24,000 nt of DNA from Mycoplasmopsis agassizii (GCF_002272945.1 NZ_NQMN01000001.1:507027-531026), one strand, 5' to 3'. Counted from the first letter of the stretch, positions 9,951-20,137 are shown. Program-made: numbers and translations. The notes: generated from the letters alone by a model not told the origin.

Positions 9951-11951
9951 ATGATAAAAAATAAAAAATTTAACATTTTAAAAAAACTAATTCTTCTGTC
10001 TTTTGCAAGTGCTACATTTTTGTCTAGCTTTGCAAATATTTCTGCAAAGAATGACAATACAATGGAAGAAAACAATTCTGTTAAAGATAAAAAAACATTT
10101 TTAGATAATCTAATTGAAAAAATAAAAAAATCTGATTCAATTGAGGAAATTCTTAAAGGTAGCATAATAAACTACAAAAAAACTGAACAACAATTTAAGA
10201 CTAATTCTTTAAGCGATTACATTACTTCTTTAAAAAACGGTGCTAATCGATTCGATATTGTTTTTAAAGCAGGTAGAGATTCAAATTTAATAAATCATTA
10301 TGTTGAAAAAATAAAATTAGCAATAAACAGCCTTTCTGCTAAATATATTTACTCTGAAAATTCTTTAACGTTTTCTATTGCTTTTGATTCATTAGAAAAT
10401 TTTAAGAAAATATTTTTAAAATTGCTAACTATAGAAATAGACTCTCAAGATATATTACAAGTCAATGTAAATGAAACAGGTAAAACAGTAGAACAGTTAA
10501 AGCCTGCTTATTATAAAAATATATATAAAATTTTGCTTGGATCAGATCCAGACATAGGTGGTAGCCCGTTTATTATCTACGATGGAGAAAGTTCTTTTTG
10601 AGAAAATTATAATTGATTAAATCAAGAAAGATACAGACTCATAGGTTTGACATACCCAGTTCTAAGTGAAGAAAGAAGAGATAGTGCACCCATAGTTGGA
10701 AAGAAAAAACTTGTGAAAGTTGGAATTTTAGACCCTTCTGGGATTATTGATACAAGTGCAAAACAATTTTGAAAGTCAACAAAAAAGGTAACTCATGATG
10801 ATTTTTTTCTTTCTGAATCTGTAGGACTTCACGCAAATCGTGTAGCCGAAGTTATAATAGGTAAGCAGGGCATAACGCCTTATGTGGATCTTTATAGTTC
10901 TCAGTTTGAAGATTGAAATGGCATAGCAGGTGAGTTAAATTGATTTATAAATAACGGTGTGCATGTAATTAATAACAGTTGGGGATCGGTTTATCAAAAT
11001 CTTACAGCTTATAATGCTGATGCTCAATGGCTGGACAACTTCTTACTTCAAAATAGTGAAGTAGTCTTTATAAAAACAGCAGGAAATGAGGGGAATCCGT
11101 TAAAAAAAGGATATAAAAAGGGCAACGAATTTCTTGAGCACAGATCATTATCTTTTAATTCAATAATTGTTGGTGCATTAGAAACCCAAGAGAGAGTAAA
11201 AGGACAAGCATTTAGCGAAATTTCTAAAAACGTTAATTATGTTACAACTTCAGCACCTGATCTGTTCATATCTGAATTTGAAGATGAAAAAGGGCTTCAT
11301 GCAATAGGTGGTACAAGTTTTGCAGCACCTTCTATTACAGGGATTGTTGCACTTCTTAAACAGCCAAAATATCAAGCAAAACTTAACCAAGGAAAAGACT
11401 CAATAATTATCAAAAGTGCTATTATTTCTGGTTCTAGAAATAATCTAGATGACTATCTATGAAATAATCAAGAAAAATCTGTATGAAATCATAACTATAA
11501 TAACAAAACTGGATTTGGTAGAGCAAATTATTCAAAAATTCAAGAATCATTAAATAATTTAGAATATTTTAGACTAACTTCTCGCTATACAGAAGACAAT
11601 AAATACGTAAAAAAAGTTTATATAGACAAGGGTAAAAAATACCGTGTTAATATAACATGACAAGTTAGGGATTTACTTCATCGCTTTCCAATAGATAAAA
11701 GTGTTTGACTTTATAATGTACCTACACCCGATGATACTTTTACGCCACCAGTATCAATTTCACTAAATGTAAGATTTCCAGGGAACTCTGGAAAAGTAGT
11801 ATCAGTAGACAACAACCTTTGAAATACAAAGATTGTAGATTTTGAAGCAACAGAATCAGGTTATTATAGCTTCGAGGTATTCTATAATTCAATACTAAAA
11901 GATCCAAGGCTAAAAGATTATGATGTGGCGATGACCTATTCTCAATTCTAA
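9951..11951 (+). CDS. Subtilisin-like serine protease (peptidase S8) with N-terminal signal/anchor, I9-like propeptide and C-terminal beta-rich domain (666 aa)
   Basis: Track ORFs 9951..10601 and 10959..11462 share frame 0; I read all intervening codons and only TGA interrupts. Triad and oxyanion motifs: VKVGILDPSG (Asp codon 10731-10733), GLHANRVAEVI, INNSWG, TAGNEGN, GGTSFAAPSITG. Propeptide-like RFDIVFKAG...YIYSENSLTFSIAF...LQVNVNE. Hydrophobic N-terminus LILLSFASATFLSSFANISA with no Cys lipobox. Stop TAA 11949-11951. Confidence 0.88.
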
Positions 11952-12858
11952 ATTTAAAAAAAATAAATACATATTTATCTTATTTTCACCTATAACAATT
12001 ATTTCCTCATTGGCATTAGTCTCTTGTCAGGGATACTGGGCAGAAATGAGAGACAAACAGTATACAGGTGATACTGCTGCTATTTATAGTAAAAAAACAT
12101 CTAACAACCAAGAATATGTTCAACTTAATATTGTGGGATATAATCGCTATTTTTCCTTTAGTGATTGATATTGGTCATACCAAAGATACGGTGAAGACGA
12201 TACAAATGATCCTAACCAGTATTTTAACAATGTTGTTAAAAAGAATAAATGAGAATATGATAATAAAAAAATTCACGAGATAAGTTTAGAAGGAATTGGT
12301 AGTTCTAATTGAGTGGAATTTAATGACTTTGATTCTCAGAAAAATTTTCCTAATTACTTGAAGACTGTAAGTTTAATCAGCAGCCAAGAAAACCTAAAAA
12401 AACAATTAAGATTAACGGCAGATGAAGAGAACAAGTATAAAAATTATCTAGAAAGAGTTAAGAAAAAAACACTGACTAATGATGAAATAAAAGCACTAAT
12501 GCCATGGAGTGATAGTTTTAATGAAAAATCCATCAACTCAAAATTAAATTTAGAAAAGTTTGATTATATATTTTTAAAAGATCTATGAAGATACATTGAA
12601 AGTCCTATGATTCAAGTTTCAAGAGTAGATGCTGGTATCGAAATTATTGATTATATTGTTAATTTAGAAAATAAAACAATAAAAATTAAAACTTATATTG
12701 TCCCTGAAAAATTTCAAACTAGTGGAGTAGTAAATCAGGGAATATCATGAGCTAATCCACCCAGAACTACATCTTTTTTAATACCTGTTGAAAAAGGTAA
12801 AATTTCTGATTTTAATATGAATGAGTGAAATATAGTTTTAACTAGAAGTGATATTTAG
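11920..12858 (+). CDS. Lipoprotein LpA, uncharacterised paralogous family (312 aa), start overlaps the S8-1 3' end
   Basis: Frame 1 opens after TAA 11911-11913. ATGATG at 11920-11925 preceded by AAGG (11906-09). Signal peptide KFKKNKYIFILFSPITIISSLALVSC with lipobox Cys at 12025-12027. Track ORF 12313..12588 is in the same frame; only TGA interrupts. Stop TAG 12856-12858. Start choice is the uncertain part. Confidence 0.7.
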
Positions 12859-12903
12859 AAAATCATTTATTTAAAAAATTCGATTTTACAGAACAAACAT
12901 TTA

Positions 12904-12935
12904 TACTAAGCCAAAACAAGTGGCTTAGTATTTTT
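12904..12935 (+). terminator. Rho-independent terminator after LpA
   Basis: 9-bp stem tactaagcc (12904-12912) / ggcttagta (12922-12930), T5 run 12931-12935. Confidence 0.7.
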
Positions 12936-13265
12936 AGTAAAAAAAATTCTAAATACAGATATACAGAGTTTTAATTATGTTTCAAAGTGCAAAAATATTT
13001 ATTCAATTAAAGCACTAAAACTATTATTTATAGTTACTTCAAATTAATATATAAAATTGTACTCTTATTATAAAAATATTTAATAATCAATAAATAATTT
13101 GCTTTTTAAAAGTGATTAATTTGCACATGAATTATAATTTGCTTGCCTTATTACTGGATTGGAATAAAAGTATTATAAAAAATTTTAGGTAAAAGAATTT
13201 CATTATTAATTGCCTAGTTAAGTGTTAATAAAAAAATACAAATAAATAAAAATGTTAGGATTAAA

Positions 13266-14192
13266 ATGAAATTACAAACTCAAAAAATTAAGAAAATATT
13301 TCTCCTTGCTGCCTTACCAGCTGTAACATTTTTTGTTTCATCACTAGTTGCATGTAGTAACTACTGAGCAGAAATGCGTGATAAACAATATGTCAGTGAC
13401 ACTGTAGTTATTTATAGTAAAAGTACTGACTCAAAGAAAAACTATGTTCAGTTGAACATAGTTGGGTTTAACAATTGATTCTCATTTAGTGATTGATATT
13501 GATCATACCAAAGGCAAGGTCCGAGTAACATAACTGATCCAAAACAGTTTTTTAATACTTCAGTTAAAAAAGATCAATGAATTTATGAAAACGGTCAAGT
13601 TCATGAATGATCAAAAATGGACATAATTAATGAATTGATGCCTCAAAAAGAATTTAAAGATTTTTTAATTCAAAAAGGTTATCCTAATTATTTAAAATCT
13701 ATTAGTTTGGTTACTGATCAAGAAAGCCTTAAAAAGCAACTAAGATTAAATGATGAAGATCAAAAAAAGCATAATACCTATTTAGAAAGAATTGAGGGGA
13801 AAACTTTAACAACTGCTGAATTAGCAAAATTAAAGCCTTGATCAGAAAGTTTTAATCAGCAAACTATTGAGTCAAAATTAACTTTAAAAGATCACGACTA
13901 TTTATTTGTTAAAGATCTTTGAGAATATTTTTCTTCCACGGCAATAAGAGTTTCTAGAGTAGAAGCAGGGATTGAATTATTAGATTATATAATTGATATT
14001 GAAAATAAAATAATTAAAATGAAAGCAGGTTTTGTTGCTGAAAAGTTTTGCTCTAATTGTGCGCATAATGCTAGAGCTGTATATGCTTATCCACCTAGAA
14101 CTACATCTTTTTTAATACCTGTTGAAAAAGGTAAAATTACTGATTTTAATATGAATGAGTGAAATATAATTCTGACTGAAGGTGATCTTTAA
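13266..14192 (+). CDS. Lipoprotein LpB, paralog of LpA (308 aa)
   Basis: ATG 13266 after an AGGA RBS. Signal peptide MKLQTQKIKKIFLLAALPAVTFFVSSLVAC (lipobox LVAC). Collinear with LpA throughout (YWAEMRDKQY, YVQLNIVG, FSFSDWYWSYQR, PNYLK, LKKQLRL, PWSxSFN, VSRVxAGIE, PPRTTSFLIPVEKGKIxDFNMNEWNI). Stop TAA 14190-14192. Confidence 0.82.
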
Positions 14193-14207
14193 ATATTAAT
14201 GCAAGAA

Positions 14208-14236
14208 AAAATAACCGTTTCAATAACGGTTATTTT
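14208..14236. terminator. Rho-independent terminator after LpB (convergent with tRNA-Ile)
   Basis: 12-bp stem aaaataaccgtt (14208-14219) / aacggttatttt (14225-14236), 5-nt loop, T-rich 3' side. Confidence 0.7.
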
Positions 14237-14270
14237 GCATTTTATTTTGGAATTGATTATCTCTAATATA

Positions 14271-14347
14271 TGGTGGGAACGAATGGACTTGAACCATCGA
14301 CCTCACGATTATCAGTCGTGTGCTCTAACCAGCTGAGCTACGCTCCC
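14271..14347 (-). tRNA. tRNA-Ile (anticodon GAU), CCA encoded
   Basis: Reverse complement reads GGGAGCGTAGCTCAGCTGGTTAGAGCACACGACTGATAATCGTGAGGTCGATGGTTCAAGTCCATTCGTTCCCACCA. 7-bp acceptor stem, GCTC/GAGC D-stem, CACGA/TCGTG anticodon stem with loop CTGATAA, GGTTCAAGTCC T-arm. Confidence 0.92.
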
Positions 14348-14405
14348 ATAAATGATTTACCAATTATAAAGTATATAGTAACTGGTAAATTTTTTAATAA
14401 AATTT

Positions 14406-14798
14406 CTAACGTTTTGAGAACTGACGTGCTTTACGAGCTTTACGTAAACCAGGTTTTTTACGTTCTTTAACTTTTGAATTTTGAGTAAGCATCCCTTCAG
14501 GGCGCAGTGTTCTTCTGTGATCTTCTGATACTTCTAGTAAAGCACGAGCAATTCCTAAACGAATCGCACCTGCTTGACCAGAAAGTCCTCCACCTCTAAC
14601 GGTTACTTTAATGTCAAATTTATTAACTGTGTCAGTAATTCCAAAAGGTTGCAAGGCATCTTTAATATAGATGTCACTTTTTAAGTATTCTTTTGCTTCA
14701 CGGTTATTAACTACGAAAGCACCACTACCAGGTTTTAAAATAACACGAGCAACAGAAGCTTTTCTTCTTCCTAGCCCTCTAAACATTACATCAGCCAT
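14406..14798 (-). CDS. rpsI: 30S ribosomal protein S9
   Basis: Track ORF 14406..14798. GRRKASVARV...GGGLSGQAGAIRLGIARAL...RKKPGLRKARKARQFSKR is the canonical uS9 sequence pattern. Confidence 0.97.
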   Translation of the reverse strand: MADVMFRGLGRRKASVARVILKPGSGAFVVNNREAKEYLKSDIYIKDALQPFGITDTVNKFDIKVTVRGGGLSGQAGAIRLGIARALLEVSEDHRRTLRPEGMLTQNSKVKERKKPGLRKARKARQFSKR

Positions 14799-15232
14799 TA
14801 TTTCACCTCAATTTTCACTGGTTGTTGTGCTGCTTGTTTGTGTTCTGGACCAACATAAACAAATAAGTTTTTAAATTGTTTTCTACCTAAAGCAGTTTTA
14901 GGTAACATCCCTTTAATTGCTAATTCTAATAAAGCATAAGGTTTTTTTTCTCTAACAACTGCCGCTGTTTGAGATGTTAATCCACCTTTATAACCTGAGT
15001 GGCGGTGGTACATTTTTTTAGATTCTTTATTTGCTGTTAAAACAATTTTTTCAGCATTAATAATTACTACATTGTCTCCCATGTCAACATTTGGAGTAAA
15101 AGTAGGTTTGTTTTTTCCACGTAAGATTGTTGCTACTTGAGCTGCAACACGACCTAATACTTGCCCTTCAGCATCGATTAGATATCATTTTTTGTCAACT
15201 TCAAGGTGCTTAACAATAGTTGTTTGACGCAT
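14798..15232 (-). CDS. rplM: 50S ribosomal protein L13
   Basis: Track ORF 14798..15082 extends upstream through TGA (DKKWYLIDA) to ATG at 15230-15232, preceded by [46 protein letters not shown] is classic uL13. Its TAA overlaps the rpsI ATG (TAATG). Confidence 0.95.
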
Positions 15233-15663
15233 GATTTCTCCTGAATATATTCATATATAAATTTAAATTTGCCTAGAATTTACTTTTATTAATTTACGAA
15301 TAAGTCGCAAAATGTTGTTTAACGGGACAACAATCTTGAACTAAAAGTATAAGTTCGTTTTTTTATAATATCAGAAAAAAGCGTTTTTTCATCAGAAAAA
15401 TTACGCACTTTTTCTGATTTTATTTTTACTACTTTTATGAGTGCTTTACCTAGTTAAGTTTGAAGTTATTGTTTCTTAGTTTTAAGAGCAAAAAACTTGT
15501 TTTTTAATTAATTAAAAGTGGCTTTTTTAATACTAAAAAAGATATTAAACTAGACTAGCAAAATTACTAATCCCTTCTATTTATATAAAGGGAACAACTA
15601 AAACTTGACTAATCAACCATTTTTAGGTAAAAAATCAACTGAAAAGCCGAAAAAATTTACAAC

Positions 15664-15687
15664 TTTGTCCAAATTTGTGGTTAAATA
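15664..15687 (+). promoter_or_regulatory. Candidate mraZ promoter -10 with two 10-bp-phased TTTGT(C/G)(C/G) repeats (possible MraZ operator)
   Basis: tttgtcc (15664-15670) and tttgtgg (15674-15680) are exactly 10 bp apart and abut TTAAAT/TAAATA (15681-15687), about 20 nt upstream of the mraZ ATG. Confidence 0.3.
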
Positions 15688-15705
15688 GAAGAGATAGGGG
15701 GAAAA

Positions 15706-16158
15706 ATGGGGAATTTCGGGAATTTTGAACGCACCTTGGATGACAACCTTAGAGTTGCCATCCCGACTAAGTTTAAAGACCATTTTGGGTCACGATTTTT
15801 CTTATTTAGAACTTTTAATAATGTCTTAGAAATGTGAACTGATGCAGACTTTAATGCTGAGTCACAAAAACTGGACTTAATTGATTTAAGAGATATTGAA
15901 GCAATTAAATATAAACGTGCTTTTTATCAAAGAATTGAAGAAGTTACAGTTGATAAAGTTGGTCGAATTAAATTGACCAACAACATTGTTGAAAAAACCT
16001 CTATCAAAAAAGAAGTTGTTTTTGTTGGAATTGGAAACAAAGTAGAGATTTGATCAAAAGAAGCCTACGATTCCTTTGACGATGAAATGAATGATGAAGC
16101 TTATGCTAAAGCAGCCGCTGCTATTTTTAATCGTAATGATAAAAAAGGCAGTGAATAA
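15706..16158 (+). CDS. mraZ: Transcriptional regulator MraZ
   Basis: MGNFGNFERTLDDNLRVAIPTKFK... and ...VDKVGRIKLTNNIVE are the two SpoVT/AbrB-type DxxxR repeats. GGGGGA RBS. In-frame TGA = Trp twice. Stop TAA 16156-16158. Sits immediately upstream of rsmH. Confidence 0.9.
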
Positions 16159-16161
16159 TTC

Positions 16162-17055
16162 ATGGATTTGCACATACCTGTTTTGTTAAAACAAGTTTTA
16201 GAACAAATCGAACCTGATAAAAAAGCACTTTATGTAGATGCCACCTTAGGGTATGCTGGTCACGCCAGAGCAATATTAGAAAAAAATCCTAACTTGAAAT
16301 TAATCGGTTTTGATCAAGATGACTTTGCGATAAAAAATAGTCGAAAGCATTTAGAAAAATTCCCTAATGTTACTTTTATTAAGTCGAACTTTGAAAATAT
16401 GAAGACTTATTTAGAAGAATTAGCAATTTCAGAAGTTGATTACTTCTTATTTGATCTAGGTATTTCTAGCGTTCATGTAGATGATGCCCAAAGAGGATTT
16501 AGCTATAACAAAGATGCCTTATTAGACATGCGAATGGATCAAAATACGCAACTAACTGCGCAAGAAATTATTAATCATTGAGACTATCAAGATTTATTAA
16601 AGATCTTTAATAACTACGCCGATGTAAAATTACCCCACGTAATTGCGAAGGCCATTATTAAAAATAGACCTTTATATAGAACTATGGAACTAGTTGACGT
16701 GATTAAAAAAGCACTTCCTGCAAAGATTTTGCGTGAAAAAAATCCTGCTAAAACAGTTTTTCAAGCACTAAGGATTGCTGTTAATCGTGAATTTGAAGTC
16801 TTAGAAAAAGTTTTACCAACCTGCTTAGAATTTATGCGAAAAAACTCTAAGTTAATGGTGATTACATTTCATTCAAAAGAGGACAAAATTGTCAAATATT
16901 TTTTTGGTAAATTAATCAAAAATAAACATGATTCAAAACTTCCATTAATGGAAGTTAAAGAATATAAAGTTAAAAGTTTTACAGCTGATAAAAACGAAAT
17001 TGAAACAAATAAACGTGCTCGCAGTGCCAAACTGAGAGTACTACAAAAATTGTAA
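16162..17055 (+). CDS. rsmH: 16S rRNA (cytosine1402-N4)-methyltransferase RsmH (MraW)
   Basis: Track ORFs 16162..16581 and 16684..17055 are in the same frame, joined through TGA. HIPVLL, YVDATLGYAGHA, FDLGISSVHVDDAQRGFSY, DMRMDQ, FQALRIAVNRE, ITFHSKEDKIVK are RsmH hallmark motifs. Confidence 0.94.
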
Positions 17056-17080
17056 AAATACTTAAGAAAGGAGCAAATTA

Positions 17081-18307
17081 ATGACTTTTTCAAGGGAACC
17101 AAAAAGCTTTATTGAAGTGGATCTTTCGAGTATTCGCTTTGTTACTTATGTAACCGATGAAGTAAATTCTTTTAAGATTATTGATGAAAAGTTTTATCTA
17201 GATATCACTAATTTAAATGAAGAAATTTCTAATGCAAGGCGATTTATTGTCTTGCATAAAGAAAAATTAGGATTTGCTCCAAGTAAAATTGACGTTGTTT
17301 ATAAGGATAATTTTTTAAATGCTCGCACAAAAGCTATAAAAAGTACCATCCATATTAAAAAGAACAGCGAGCAAGCAGACAGCGATGAAAATCTAGATTC
17401 TACTGGGGAATTTTTAAAAAGCATTGACAGTGATTTTAGCAAAAAAAATCAGGAAGACTTTGCAATTAATATCACTCCTTTAGAATATTCGATATCAAAA
17501 CACAGTAATTATTGACAAAAGTTTGATAACTGAAATGATGTTAGCGAATTAAAACGTGTTAAAATCAAATCACTAATTACCTATGTTGAAAACGATAAAT
17601 ACTTTGAACTTTGTGAAGCACTTGAAAAATTAGGCTTAGTAATTAATAAAATCTATTCCTTTGCTGAAATTTCAAACTCACTTTTAAAAGATAATGGCAG
17701 CGATTACATCAACGTGCATTTATCAAGCAACGCCACATTTATTACGCAACGTAAAAACGACAAAATCGTGAAAATTGAGCAATTTAGATTTGGCGAAAAC
17801 TACTTTATAAAATGGTTACATGACAAATTTAACCTAAATGCTTTAGAAGCTGAAAAAACACTTTATACTTATGCTTCAAAATTTGATTTAATAGTCGAAA
17901 ATCCTGAATTAAGAAATAATCTCAACTCTCTCTCTCCTCTCTTATCATATCCAGATTATTTCAAGGAAATAGAAAATTACATCATCTTATACTGAGAAAA
18001 ACTGCATGAATTTTTAAGTGAAAAATTCAGTGACTATGCAACAAAACAAGTAGTTGTTTTTAGTGGTGCTTTTAACTTTATGGGAAAAGCATTCCGAGCA
18101 AGTGATGCTTTTATCACAAATTCTAAAATAGTCTTTATCGAAAATCAAAACACCGAGTTTGAATTCAATGAGAATGAACTTTCTCATCAATATTTAAACC
18201 GTATCTATCAAAAAGCAAATGTGACTTACAACTTTGAAAGTACTTACACTTTCCCTGAATTTTTTTACGAAGTCAAAAGTCCTAATAAACTGAAGAAGTA
18301 TCATTAA
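17081..18307 (+). CDS. Divergent FtsA-like / dcw-cluster protein (408 aa), identity tentative
   Basis: Track ORFs 17081..17515, 17714..17995 and 18080..18307 share a frame; intervening codons contain only TGA. AAAGGAG RBS. Occupies the position between rsmH and ftsZ. Weak actin-fold-like spacing (IEVDLSSIRFV; INVHLSSNATFI...FRFGENYF; VVVFSGAFNFMG), but the canonical phosphate-binding Gly/Thr residues are missing. Confidence 0.5.
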
Positions 18308-18326
18308 CTAAACCTTGGGAGGTCAA

Positions 18327-19523
18327 ATGTCAGAAAAAACAAACACAGCTATTATTAAAGTAGTCGGTGTTGGAGGATCAGGAACTAATAGTATAAACAA
18401 CATGATTAACAGCGACTTAAGTGGCGCTGAATTTATCGTTGCCAATACTGATAAACAAGCTCTTGATGCTTCACCTGCTTTGGTAAAACTTCACCTTGGA
18501 GCAGATAATGAAAACTCAACCAGTGCTCGTGGTCTTGGTGCAGGAGCTAATCCTCAAGTAGGAGAAGAAGCTGCACAATCAAGTATCGCTGAGATTAAGC
18601 AAGCATTAAAAGGTGCTGATATGGTTATCATCACTGCCGGAATGGGTGGTGGAACAGGTACTGGAGCAGCACCAGTTTTTGCTGAAATCGCAAAAAGTTT
18701 AGGAATTCTTGTTGTGGCAATTGTCACAACTCCCTTTATTTTCGAAGGTAATAAACGTAAAAACAATGCTTTAGAAGGTATTGCTAAACTATCTCAGAAA
18801 GTTGATTCAATTATTACGATTAGTAACGAAAAATTACTAGAGCAATATGGCGATGTACCGATGAATGATAGTTTTGTCTTTGCTGATACGATTTTAAAAC
18901 TAACGGTTAAAACACTAACAGATATTATTTCTGCTCCAGCGCATATCAATTTAGACTTTGCTGATGTTAAAACAGTAATGTCTAATAAAGGTAATGCAAT
19001 TATTGGAATGGGAAGAGCTGTTGGTGAAGACCGTGCTACTAAGGCTGCAATTCATGCAATCAGTAGCCCTATAATTGAAACTTCAATTAAGGGTGCAACT
19101 GATGCAATTGTTAATATTAGTGGCGCTAATATTACGCTAAAAGAAATCAACACAGCAGTAAGTGTAATTACACAAGCTGTAGGTGAAGATTGCAACATTA
19201 TTTTTGGAACATCAATGGATAATAATGCAGGTGATGATATTTATGTAAGTGTAATCGCTACTGGAATTAAGAGTAATCAAGTATTATCTACAATGGAAAA
19301 ATCTGAAGAAATTAAAGAACTTATCAAGACAATGGAAATTGATTTAGAAAATAAAAATACCAAAGAATTTTTATTCGATGAACCTCTTCCATTAACTGAA
19401 AAACTTTCTTTAACTAGTAAATTTGTTAATAACATTTCTCTAACAAGTGAAACAAAAACAAAAACAGTCCAAGAAGATGGGCATAAGAGCAAATTACCTT
19501 CATGATTTAGTAAGAAAAATTAA
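18327..19523 (+). CDS. ftsZ: Cell division GTPase FtsZ
   Basis: ATG 18327 after a GGGAGG RBS (the track ORF begins at an upstream non-ATG codon). [17 protein letters not shown], tubulin signature [24 protein letters not shown]. The ORF runs through TGA 19503-19505 (Trp) to TAA 19521-19523. Confidence 0.97.
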
Positions 19524-19594
19524 GGCGATGTCTTAGAAGCAATAATTTTAGTAAAATTATTAAACATAAAATTTGCTTTTGGCAACAAATTTTT

Positions 19595-19627
19595 AAGTAA
19601 TAGCATTTGCTGTTACTTTTTATTTTT
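19595..19627 (+). terminator. Rho-independent terminator after ftsZ
   Basis: 10-bp stem aagtaatagc (19595-19604) / gctgttactt (19609-19618) with one G-U pair, 4-nt loop, followed by ttttta ttttt. Confidence 0.65.
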
Positions 19628-19660
19628 CTTATTTATAATTTATCATGAAAGTAGGTTCAT

Positions 19661-20137
19661 ATGAAAACAAGAAAAAGTTTGCATCATGCTGATGTCAAAT
19701 GAGAATTAAAAGGTGAAGAATTTATTGATGGTAATTACAATAAAGCAATCAATATTACTAGTCATTTAAATAATAAAGAAAAAATCACTGGTGGTTTTTC
19801 TGAAACTGGATTTCAAAATCACTTTTGAAATCCTGAAGAATTATTAGCTTCAGCTTTAAGTAATTGTTATTTACTAACTTTTTTAGCACTAGCTAAAAAC
19901 CGTAAAATTACAGTGTATGCTTATGAAGATAAACCAACAGTTACTTTAGAAGGTACTAGTGCAGCAGATACCAAAATTACTGAAGTAGGTCTTTATCCAA
20001 CTGTCTTAATTAAAGATCAAGAACACATTTCATTGGCAAATGAAATGATGGAAAAAGCTCATAAATATTGTTATGTTGCGAATGCTTTAAAACCAGAAAT
20101 TAAATTTGAATTAGACTATAAAGTAAAATCAGTTTAA
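19661..20137 (+). CDS. OsmC/Ohr-family peroxiredoxin-like protein (158 aa)
   Basis: ATG 19661 is in frame with track ORF 19913..20137 through TGA codons. NPEELLASALSNCYLLTF and AHKYCYVANAL match the two conserved Cys-containing OsmC motifs. Confidence 0.8.

Noticed and set aside
14355-14390. 8-bp stem (atttacca / tggtaaat) with a 20-nt loop between rpsI and tRNA-Ile.
   Set aside because: The large loop and AT-rich stem make it weak. The T-run follows it only on the + strand, where nothing is transcribed toward it. At most it is a processing spacer, with too little support to call a feature.
17926-17942. (CT)5C(CT)3 dinucleotide tract inside the ftsA-like gene as a phase-variation switch.
   Set aside because: Only 5 uninterrupted units, broken by an extra C. 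It encodes an ordinary NSLSPLL segment and is too short to argue for slippage-based switching without population data.
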